Made by a program: the position numbers and the translations under genes. The notes under the pieces were generated by a model. It was given only the letters and a program-made list of their open reading frames with translations, was not told the DNA's origin and ran no database searches. From NCBI GenBank assembly GCA_946127115.1, contig CAMGYI010000001.1, positions 662,857 through 726,856 of the forward strand: a stretch of DNA of 64,000 nucleotides, read 5' to 3'. This document shows, one piece after another, positions 18,287 through 26,552 of the stretch. Each line of letters begins with the position of its first letter. The first letter of the stretch is position 1. This stretch comes from an uncultured Chlamydia sp. (GTDB lineage: Bacteria > Chlamydiota > Chlamydiia > Chlamydiales > Simkaniaceae).

Positions 18287-19422
18287 TTTTTTCCTCCTTT
18301 AAATTCAAAGTCATGATCGAAAAAAGCTAAGATTGCCTCATAATAGGCATTTGCCACATCAATCACTCTTTGGGGACAAGGAATTCCGTCTACCACTTCA
18401 TCATTCCTTGATAAGTTAATGAGCTCCTTTTCATTATTCTGAATAAGCGTCTCTCCATAGCATATGGGGCTTTTAATCAATCGAGTGATGCAAAGGTTTC
18501 TACTAAATACTCCATTAGCTTCCAATAGACTATTATGAACAGGGGATGTGAAAGGAAAAACCTTTAGATGCTTAGAAAACATATCCACAAGCATGTGAGC
18601 AAGCTGCATGGAACCTTCAAGATCTTGGGTACAGATTAAACGCAAAAAATGAAAGCGATCTTCAGAAGAAGCTAGCTCATTATTGCAAAATGCCCCCGGA
18701 ATAAAAATAAGATTGAAATTGCGATCCGTCGGTTCAATCGTTTCTTTACACCCAACTGTATTATAATGAATCGCAATTGTAAGGTCCGGTTGATACTCAT
18801 TGATAAGTCTCGCCCTTTCTCTCAAATCCAAGCGGTTGTAATGGCGCCTAAAAATCGTTGAAAGAGCTACCCCTTTTTCCCAGTACTCAGGACGCTTTTT
18901 GAGCCAATCAAAAAAATTCTCAGGATAAACTCCTTCACCAACCTTTGTTCGAGTTAAAAAAACTGAGGCTCCTTGCCCTTCAAGCATTTTCTTCAGATGC
19001 ATGGCTGTCAAAAAGGATAAGGTCCCTTCATCAAAATTCACAGAGAGCCCTTCATGTTCCACCTCGATATACCGCTCCTCTAGCCTTGCCCACTTTCCAC
19101 CAAAGTGGCCTGGGTCTATGGCAATCCTTGCAGAGCTTATTGGCTTAACAAGATTAAATTGGGGGTTTGGAAGGTTTTTATCTCCGAAATCAAGACGGTA
19201 TTCGATAACTCCTTCTTTTTTATTCTCTAGAGATGAAAAAATAACAAGCGCATCCTCTTGAATTTCAAAGTAATTCTCTATTTCTTTCGAATACTGAAGG
19301 TAGCAGGAAATTTTATGGGTAACATACTCTTTTGATAGTCTTTCTTGAAAGGGATCGAATTCTGCAAAATCATAGCAGAAGCAATTCACTGTAAACAGAA
19401 GCAGAAGCAGCGGCCATTTCAT
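18283..19422 (-). CDS. Secreted N-acetylmuramoyl-L-alanine amidase-like protein (Amidase_3 / AmiA-C type)
   Basis: Signal peptide MKWPLLLLLFTVNCFC. Motifs are 'IAIDPGHFGG' (cf. IVIDPGHGG), 'VFLTRT', 'PDLTIAIHYN' (cf. ADLFISIH.N) and 'RNLCITRLIKSPICYGETLIQNN' (cf. ..VL.....P.VLVE.GF.SN). ATGA overlaps occur at both ends, with ileS and with ldcA. Confidence 0.6.
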   Translation of the reverse strand: MKWPLLLLLFTVNCFCYDFAEFDPFQERLSKEYVTHKISCYLQYSKEIENYFEIQEDALVIFSSLENKKEGVIEYRLDFGDKNLPNPQFNLVKPISSARIAIDPGHFGGKWARLEERYIEVEHEGLSVNFDEGTLSFLTAMHLKKMLEGQGASVFLTRTKVGEGVYPENFFDWLKKRPEYWEKGVALSTIFRRHYNRLDLRERARLINEYQPDLTIAIHYNTVGCKETIEPTDRNFNLIFIPGAFCNNELASSEDRFHFLRLICTQDLEGSMQLAHMLVDMFSKHLKVFPFTSPVHNSLLEANGVFSRNLCITRLIKSPICYGETLIQNNEKELINLSRNDEVVDGIPCPQRVIDVANAYYEAILAFFDHDFEFKGGKK

Positions 19423-22400
19423 TGTTTTTCAAGCGAAATCACAGCCCGCTCTCCATTTAAATCCCACTCTTCCCCTTGCGTTGCTTCAAACTTCACTTCA
19501 GAAGCTAAAATCTCGCCAATAATATAATTGCGGTACTCCTCAAAACACTTTCTTACGTGAGAAGTGGTATCGATCACCATTTTTACACGATCGGTCACCT
19601 CGAACTGCATATTGCGCCTTTGCGTGTTGACTTTGTTCACAATTTCGCGGGCTAAGCCTTCAAGCCTAAGAGCATCGTCCAGAGTCGTATCAAGCGCAAT
19701 TATCATAGCCCCTTCTGTCGCAGCGACAGATCCCTCCTTAACCTTCCGATCAATGATGATATCCTCTGAGGTAATAGAAAATTTTTCCCCATCAAGATCA
19801 AGTTCATAACTCCCCCCATCGAGTGCACTTGGCTCAAGAACAAGAATCGCTGCTTGCACTTTCTTCATTAGATGTCCAGCACGCCGCCCCAGTGTCTTAA
19901 AGTTAGGTTTGATTGAAATCTCAACAAACTTCTTTTCATCGCTGTGATATTCAACAGCTCCTACATTGAGTTCATCCAAAATTAGATTCTCTTGGCCTTT
20001 AAGAAGTTTAATCACCCGAGGGTCACTAGAAATTAAGTGAACCTTTGGCAGAGGTTGACGCACTTTCAATTTGTGCTCTTTTCTCAAAGCGTGCCCCACA
20101 CTAACAGCCGATTGCACTGAAGCCATCTCTTCTTCAAGAACCTCGTTGCGCCATGTTGCATCATAGCTCGGGAAATCGCAAAGATGGACAGAAATCGGGT
20201 CTTCTTTTGTTCGAAGGTTCTGATAAATTGCGTCACTAATAAAGGGAATAAACGGCGCTGCCACTTTTGACAACTGAAACACCACCGTATAAAGAGTCTG
20301 AAATGCTTCCGCTCGGTCATCTGTCTCCTCATTAGACCAGAATCGCCCCCGATTCCTCCGGATATACCAGTTGGTAAGCTCTTCGATAAAATCAACAAAT
20401 GGATCGACAGCCTGACTGAGTGAGTAAACATCCATCCCTTTTTCAACATCCAAAATCAATTTCTGCAACTTTGAAAGGATCCATCTGTCGATATCACACT
20501 TAGGCTTCAATCCATCTGGTTTCCACTTATAGATATTTGCATACGTCGCTAAAAACACATAAGAGTTCCATAGAGGAATCAAAAACTGGCGAAGCACCAA
20601 TTCCACCCCTCTCTCAGCAAAACGAATATCCTCTCCCTGAACTACAGGGCTATGGAGCATATAGAGGCGCGCTGCATCAGCGCCATATTTATTTATCACA
20701 AGCTCTGGATCGGGATAATTCCTCAGCCGCTTCGACATCTTCGCCCCATCCTCGGCTAAGATAATCCCGTTCACAATCACATTTTTAAATGCAGGCTTAT
20801 CAAATAATGCTGTCGATAAGATATTGAGCGTGTAAAACCACGCCCGCGTCTGGTCAAGCCCTTCAGCAATGAAGTCCGAGGGAAAGGCATCGAGAGTCTC
20901 TTTTTCATTCTCGAAGGGATAATGATTCTGTGCATAGGGCATCGATCCTGACTCAAACCAACAATCAAATACTTCGCTTACTCTCGTAAAAACTTTCCCG
21001 TTTTCTTCAAAAGTCAATGTATCGATGTGATGACGATGAAGATCTTTGACCGTTTTACCTGTCCGTTTTTCGAGCTCTTCAACGCTACTGATAATAATGA
21101 TATCTCCATCCTGACTTCTCCATAGAGGAATTGGCGTTCCCCAATAACGATTCCGACTAATCGCCCAGTCCCGAGCATTTTCAAGCCATTTTCCAAAACG
21201 ACCATGTTTCAAGTGCGTTGGAACCCAATGGATATGCTCATTATTCCGCACGATCTTATCTTTGATCTTTTCAACCGCAACAAACCATGTACTTACAGCC
21301 TTATAAATCAGAGGCGTGTCAGAACGCCAACAGAAGGGGTAACTGTGACGGATCGTTCCTTGATGAAAAAGACGTCCCTTCTCTTTGATTTTTTTGATCA
21401 ATCCTTTATCAGCATCTTTCACAAACTTCCCTTCAAATTCAGGAAGTTCAGCAGTAAATTTTCCATTCTGATCAACAGGACAAACAAGACCAATACCTGC
21501 ATTTTTACAGGCAAAAAAGTCAACCTCACCAAACGCTGGTGAAGAGTGAACAATCCCCGTTCCTGCATCTTCAGTGATTGAATCTTCACCAATCACTGAA
21601 AAGCTACTTGAGCCCGCTTCCTTGACAAAGTAATCAAACATCGGCTGATAACGCTTTCCGATAAGAGCCTTCCCTTTGAAAGTATCGATGATTTCATAAC
21701 CATCCTTGAAATAGGTTTCTATGCGCCCTTTCCCCAAGATGTAAAATTTTCCATCCTTTTGAACTTTAACATAATCAAGTTCCCTCCCCACCATAACCGC
21801 TAAATTCGAAGGAAGAGTCCAAGGGGTTGTTGTCCATATCAACAGAGACGTTTCTGGATCATCAATTAATGGAAAGCTAACCGTAATCGATGGATCGTCC
21901 ACGTCCTGATAATTCAAATTTGCTTCGAAATTAGAGAGGGGAGTTCCAAGCTGTGCTGAGAAGGGCATCACTTTATACCCTTCATAAACAAGTCCTTGCT
22001 TCCATAGTTCCCCAAAAACCCACCAAACAGTCTCCATAAACGTAAGATTCATCGTCATATAAGTCTTGTCAAAATCAACCCATCGACCCATCCGGTTGAC
22101 TGTTTTCTTCCATTCTTTTGAATAACGCATCACGATACTGCGACACTCTTCATTGAATTTTGCGATTCCAAATTGTTCAATATCTGCCGCTCCAGAAAGC
22201 TCCAGAGCTTTTTCTATTTCCATTTCAACAGGAAGGCCGTGAGTGTCCCATCCAAAACGACGGGGCACTCGGTATCCTTTCATCGTCTTATAACGGGGAA
22301 CCACATCTTTAATCGTCCCGGCAAGCAGATGTCCATAATGAGGGAGCCCCGTTGCAAACGGAGGACCATCATACATAGAAAACAGAGGAGCATCTTTGCG

Positions 22401-22496
22401 CCTATCTATTGACTTCTTGAAGACTTTTTCCTTATCCCAAAGAGCCTGTATCCGTTCTTCTCTTTCTGGAAAACTTTCCTTGCGATTTTCAAACAT
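19419..22496 (-). CDS. ileS: Isoleucyl-tRNA synthetase, eukaryote-like (type 2) form
   Basis: HIGH motif 'PHYGHLLAG', 'WDTHGLP', KMSKS 'KMSKRLRN', about 1025 aa. The ATG at 22496 is preferred over the TTG at 22502. Confidence 0.95.
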   Translation of the reverse strand: MFENRKESFPEREERIQALWDKEKVFKKSIDRRKDAPLFSMYDGPPFATGLPHYGHLLAGTIKDVVPRYKTMKGYRVPRRFGWDTHGLPVEMEIEKALELSGAADIEQFGIAKFNEECRSIVMRYSKEWKKTVNRMGRWVDFDKTYMTMNLTFMETVWWVFGELWKQGLVYEGYKVMPFSAQLGTPLSNFEANLNYQDVDDPSITVSFPLIDDPETSLLIWTTTPWTLPSNLAVMVGRELDYVKVQKDGKFYILGKGRIETYFKDGYEIIDTFKGKALIGKRYQPMFDYFVKEAGSSSFSVIGEDSITEDAGTGIVHSSPAFGEVDFFACKNAGIGLVCPVDQNGKFTAELPEFEGKFVKDADKGLIKKIKEKGRLFHQGTIRHSYPFCWRSDTPLIYKAVSTWFVAVEKIKDKIVRNNEHIHWVPTHLKHGRFGKWLENARDWAISRNRYWGTPIPLWRSQDGDIIIISSVEELEKRTGKTVKDLHRHHIDTLTFEENGKVFTRVSEVFDCWFESGSMPYAQNHYPFENEKETLDAFPSDFIAEGLDQTRAWFYTLNILSTALFDKPAFKNVIVNGIILAEDGAKMSKRLRNYPDPELVINKYGADAARLYMLHSPVVQGEDIRFAERGVELVLRQFLIPLWNSYVFLATYANIYKWKPDGLKPKCDIDRWILSKLQKLILDVEKGMDVYSLSQAVDPFVDFIEELTNWYIRRNRGRFWSNEETDDRAEAFQTLYTVVFQLSKVAAPFIPFISDAIYQNLRTKEDPISVHLCDFPSYDATWRNEVLEEEMASVQSAVSVGHALRKEHKLKVRQPLPKVHLISSDPRVIKLLKGQENLILDELNVGAVEYHSDEKKFVEISIKPNFKTLGRRAGHLMKKVQAAILVLEPSALDGGSYELDLDGEKFSITSEDIIIDRKVKEGSVAATEGAMIIALDTTLDDALRLEGLAREIVNKVNTQRRNMQFEVTDRVKMVIDTTSHVRKCFEEYRNYIIGEILASEVKFEATQGEEWDLNGERAVISLEKQ

Positions 22497-22620
22497 AATC
22501 AACCTTATCTACAAATAGGGAAGTTTACGATTCCCCTGTATAATAATCAATACTTGTCTCAATACATCCAACCTGTTAACATTGAGGTGCCTTGAACTCA
22601 AATATTTGATGGTCAGGGTG

Positions 22621-22650
22621 TTGCGTCGTAAACCCCATTTGTGTTATAAT
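22621..22650 (+). promoter_or_regulatory. Sigma-70-type promoter for ssrA
   Basis: TTGCGT, then 18 nt, then TATAAT preceded by TGT (extended -10). The -10 ends 6 nt before the mature tmRNA 5' G run. Confidence 0.5.
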
Positions 22651-22656
22651 TCAACT

Positions 22657-23072
22657 GGGGGTGCATTGGTTTCGACTTAGAAGCAAAGTACCGATGGCAT
22701 GCAGAGGATTCGGTTGGCCTCTTAAAAAAGCCGAGACGACATAACTGTCAAAAAATCAAATGTTGTAAGCATTGCTTCTCACGCTGGTTTTACTAGCGAA
22801 GTTGCGACTGCTGCGGCTGCTGCTTAAGACCTAACCCGTCTTTGTAGCCGACCCTCTAAGATTGGACCAGGGATCTTGGAAAGGTCGTCATAGATCTTGG
22901 TATGAGCACTGCCACTTGACTTCCAGAGGTAGTGTTTTCGAGATTAAAGGAAGTGTGCAGGCCTCTAGTGGGGTTCCTTGCAGCAAGGCTTGCACTATAA
23001 ATTAAGGGACTAAGCATGTAGGCATCGTTATAGAGTTTACTAAGGACGAGAGTTCGAATCTCTCCACCTCCA
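22657..23072 (+). ncRNA. ssrA: tmRNA (SsrA)
   Basis: The 5' GGGGGUGCAUUGGUUUCGAC... pairs with the 3' ...CACCUCC-A, including G3:U. T-arm GGACGAGAGUUCGAAUCUCUCC. The 5' module (..UUUCGACUUAGAA..GCAUGC.GAGG..GGCCUC.UAAAAAGCCGA) closely resembles chlamydial tmRNAs as I recall them. The internal tag frame ends ...SHAGFTSEVATAAAAA with TAA at 22825-22827. CCA is not encoded. Confidence 0.9.
23053..23072 (+). repeat. Direct repeat copy 1 (3' end of ssrA, putative attL core)
   Basis: ttcgaatctctccacctcca is identical to 23820..23839. Confidence 0.85.
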
Positions 23073-23819
23073 ATTAACTTTAAGGCTTTACTTTTCGGAG
23101 TGAAGCCTTTTATTTCCTTTCGACAGGAATTTTAGAATCTCCTTGAGATCTTTAATCACCTTCTCTATTTTACCATAGAGAAGGGCGACTCAGTTTATCT
23201 GTCACCCAATACTCTGCCTCAGGAGTCTTTGTTTTGGTGAAAGATATAGGCTCCCTTACACAAGTATTCCATGATGTGGTAGATATCAATGATGGTTACT
23301 AACTACGGTAAATATATTTTGATCAACTCGCGCAATTTATGTTCTCCGTCTACAAGCGCTACACTGGGCTTTTTCTTTTCTGAATCTCTTTTAAGAGCTT
23401 CTTTCTTTAGCCCCAAAAAACCAGCTTCCTTACTCTCTAATATGGCCTGGAGCACTTTTTTGGGAGATGGAGCTGCTTTCCCTCTCGAGCCCCTTTGGAC
23501 AAAAAATCCTCGAGGTTTCTCTTGTTAGGAACACCCTTATATACTCCTACGAAGGTAGACATCCTTTTTCTTCCCAAGTTTTTTGTTTTTTTTAATACCA
23601 TCGGACTTTTTTCTCCGTTCTCGACCTCATGCAGCTGCTGATTTTGATCTTCTCCTTGGATATAGGACAAAACTTGTTCGAATTGCACCCGTGCTTGTGT
23701 TAATAAGTTGGTCCATAATATTTCGTTGTAATATTATTTTTTGCTAAAAAACTTATACTCGGAGTATTTTTTACGATTATGTTATGCGCTTTCATGTGGT
23801 TTAACATGATGACAGAGAA
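23073..23819. mobile_element. Degenerate remnant of an element integrated into the 3' end of ssrA
   Basis: Bounded by the 20-nt direct repeat. Minus-strand frames contain transposase-like debris, for example 'VALVDGEHKLRELIKIYLP*..IIDIYHIMEYLCKGAYIFHQNKDSEAEYWVTDKL'. This resembles the DG..W......P....ILD.YH..E.LWK....F motif of ISKra4-type transposases. No intact ORF of convincing quality. Confidence 0.5.
23082..23120 (+). terminator. Hairpin plus T-rich tract downstream of ssrA
   Basis: aaggctttac (23082-23091) pairs with gtgaagcctt (23100-23109): 10 bp with one G-U and an 8-nt loop, followed by ttatttccttt. Confidence 0.55.
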
Positions 23820-23839
23820 TTCGAATCTCTCCACCTCCA
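23820..23839 (+). repeat. Direct repeat copy 2 (orphan ssrA 3' end, putative attR core)
   Basis: ttcgaatctctccacctcca is 20/20 identical to the genuine tmRNA 3' end. Upstream similarity continues imperfectly (agaG vs agaA). Confidence 0.85.
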
Positions 23840-23843
23840 TAAT

Positions 23844-23870
23844 AAAAACCGGGTTTTATCCGGTTTTTTT
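23844..23870 (+). terminator. Rho-independent terminator following the orphan ssrA 3' end
   Basis: aaaaaccgg, loop gttttat, ccggttttttt. A perfect stem followed by a T run, probably the ancestral ssrA terminator. Confidence 0.6.
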
Positions 23871-23961
23871 ATTCGAAAAAGAGATTTGAATTGAATAAAA
23901 CCCCCTGTTATTTAACAATTTCGCCAAATATTCTTTATTTTCTTGGAAATATGAGGTTTCA

Positions 23962-25098
23962 GTGCGACTATTTGTCCTAGTGCTCTTTCTTTTTATACGC
24001 CCCTTGTTAGCAACCTATGTTGTGGTATTGGGTGAAGAAAGTCTCGACAAAAAGCACAGGCTGCAACTCTTTAACTTGTTACTTCGTGGCGAACCTCCAC
24101 GCGTATATTACGAATCAACTTTAACTAACATCGAGATCGAATGTCAAAGAATTAGCCCTTCTATACACATAGAGTGGATCCCCCCGGCTCTTTGGCAACT
24201 TGCCGCTTTACATTCTTTTTTCCTTGACCATGACATTCAAAAAGGAATTTTGAAGTGTTCAGGAGTTGGGTGGCAACCAATTTCATACGATGAAATGCTT
24301 CATTTGCATTTACCTTTTGCCACTAGCCTCGAAGAAGTCGTTGGGGTTTTTGATAGACAAACCCTTTATATACCAGAGCTTTGTGATCTATTTTTCAAAG
24401 TCAATCAAGCAATAGCTTCTCTTTACAAGCGTTCCGGCGGTTCTAACTTAGAAATGATACGCCAAGCAATATCCGAGCTTCCCCCATTCGGCGAATGGGA
24501 GGCTAGGGGTTTTCCCTTCTGGAAGTCTCCATGGATCTATAACCCTCAATCAGCAGAAATTTTCTATAATGCTTTGACAAATGAAGATTTTTTTTCAAAA
24601 CTCGTGGAGATTGAATGTATTGCAAACAAAAAGGGAGAATGGGTGCTTTATCGAGGATACAGTGGACCCGGCTATCCCAACACCCTTGAGGGAGGAAGAA
24701 CAAATAGCCATGCTCTCTCATTTGGCTCAACTCTTCTTGGCGGCGTTTTTTTCTCTCTAGAAGCCTGTGCTTTAACATATTCAATGCCAGACCCCACCTC
24801 CCCCCATAGCTTCTTAGCCCTAAGGGTCACTCCTCAAGAATTCGATGAAGTATTTCGAGCTGGTCCCCTCCACCCTTTTGTTCAAATGATTGTAGATGGA
24901 GAGATGTTTCATGCACATACGAAACTAGGGACAGACAAATTAAAATCGTTTAATGAGCAACCCACTAATGGTTACTTCATGAAGTGCAACAAAAACTGCG
25001 TTGACCCAGTAGGCTATATCATGTCTCTCAGAAAAACGCCTAGAGATCTACAGGCGATTTTTCATTCTCTTTGTGAAAAGTCAGGCCATATTTTTTAG
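23962..25098 (+). CDS. Hypothetical secreted protein (378 aa)
   Basis: GTG start, hydrophobic leader MRLFVLVLFLFIRPLLA. No confident domain (see the finding on a weak R-S-E-like motif spacing). Confidence 0.55.
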   Translation: MRLFVLVLFLFIRPLLATYVVVLGEESLDKKHRLQLFNLLLRGEPPRVYYESTLTNIEIECQRISPSIHIEWIPPALWQLAALHSFFLDHDIQKGILKCSGVGWQPISYDEMLHLHLPFATSLEEVVGVFDRQTLYIPELCDLFFKVNQAIASLYKRSGGSNLEMIRQAISELPPFGEWEARGFPFWKSPWIYNPQSAEIFYNALTNEDFFSKLVEIECIANKKGEWVLYRGYSGPGYPNTLEGGRTNSHALSFGSTLLGGVFFSLEACALTYSMPDPTSPHSFLALRVTPQEFDEVFRAGPLHPFVQMIVDGEMFHAHTKLGTDKLKSFNEQPTNGYFMKCNKNCVDPVGYIMSLRKTPRDLQAIFHSLCEKSGHIF

Positions 25099-25357
25099 AA
25101 AGGGATGCAAAATTTAAAAAAGACTTTAGGTGTATTTCTTAACAAATTCTGACTCGAGCATTATTTCACCAACTCCCCTACCTTTGGCGTCAATATTGTG
25201 ACCATTTACCTCTTCGACTAAACGAATATTCTTAACTTTAACCCCAATCCTAAGGATTAAAGAAGTTGCTTTTGCATCAGGATACTTTTCTATCTATCTT
25301 CAAATGGGCATCTCTTAAAATTAATCAGACGATAGAAATATTAAAGCACATCCATCC

Positions 25358-26369
25358 CTATTTAACGCCTTTAGGGCTAAAATGATTAGAAACCCAAAGA
25401 CACGTTTGCTTCCAAGCGTTTTGATCTTGTGAGATAAATTCTTGTGTATATTTGATAAGATTATTTATTTGCTTGTAATCATCAAGTGCAATCGATTTTG
25501 GTAAATGAAAGTCTATCTTCTTGTACCTATCCCCAAGTAATTTAGCACAGGCTTGACCGGAAGACTGCTCCTCAACATCCAGAAGCAAATTTAAAAGAGG
25601 TAAAGCACTATTTTGTTGAGAACCCGTTGCTAACCATTTGATATAGCCCCAATCTTCATCCCCTGCTATGAACTTTTCATTATACCCAGTCCCAATCGAA
25701 AGTAAGACAAATTCTCTTAAATCACTTTCTTGAGGATCGTACGCAAACATCACCGCAGCTAAAGAGTCCCATGCCCCCGTCAACATGCCCATCCTTTGAA
25801 GAGAAGTAAATAGGGGCTGCTGTTGTTTCCAAAAGAGCATCAACAACCGAGATATTTCCTCTGCCGGGTTCGAGGTTTTCTTGAAAATCTAATTTCCATC
25901 TATTGGTTTGAGGGTCATCTAAATTAACAGTCGGAATCACGACTTTCTTCGGAAGGTCTCGAACTAAAATATCTTCGCTTAACCTGCATTTTCTAAGTAG
26001 TTTTTTTAAATCGTTTTGGAGTTTTTTTTGGTTATATTTTGGATGAAATAAAGAGATGAAACTTGAACTAGGATCAGAAAAAACATCAGAACTCATTTTT
26101 TCATAGTCTTCCAAGAGCTCATCAATACTGAACCCACATGCGAGAAAAACAGCAATCACAGCTCCTGTTGAAGTGCCCGAATATACATCAATATCTTTAT
26201 GAAATTGGATACCAGTATCTTTCTCTAACTTTCGAAGCAATTCGAGAGAGCAGACTCCTCGAACCCCTCCTCCATCAAATGTTAAAATTCGAGTCTCTTT
26301 TCCATAGGTATAAAATGAAGTCGAGCAAAAAGCTGCAAGCAAAAATGGGTAGATAAGCTTCCGAAACAT
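25358..26369 (-). pseudogene. Patatin-like phospholipase, frameshifted
   Basis: AAGGAG lies 8 nt upstream of ATG 26369 and the leader is MFRKLIYPFLLAAFC. Motifs: oxyanion 'FDGGGVRG', nucleophile 'GTSTGA', catalytic Asp 'HVDGGMG'. Immediately after this the frame is lost at the C5 run 25774-25778 (G5 in the sense strand). The family-like continuation 'AWDSLAAVMFAYDP...LLSIGTG' is in the +1 frame (ORF 25358..25846). Confidence 0.8.
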
Positions 26370-26552
26370 ATAATTTTCTCCTTTATGAAAGAAAGTACGT
26401 TCTAGATAAAACATCTGCAGTTAACCATAAACTTTCTTTAAATGCAAAATTGGGACCACGATAGTTTCAACTAGAAACGGGACAACCTCCAATTTTTAGA
26501 TGGTGTCTTCTTGTATCGACTGCAAAAAATCTGTTAAAAATTTGTAGAGTAC

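Noticed and set aside
25127-25295. Minus-strand open frame (…YPDAKATSLILRIGVKVKNIRLVEEVNGHNIDAKGRGVGEIMLESEFVKKYT*) between the 378-aa gene and the patatin gene
   Set aside because: It looks like the C-terminal relic of some OB-fold or tRNA-binding-like protein. It has no start, and my similarity guess (CsaA/EMAP-type) is too weak to report as a feature.
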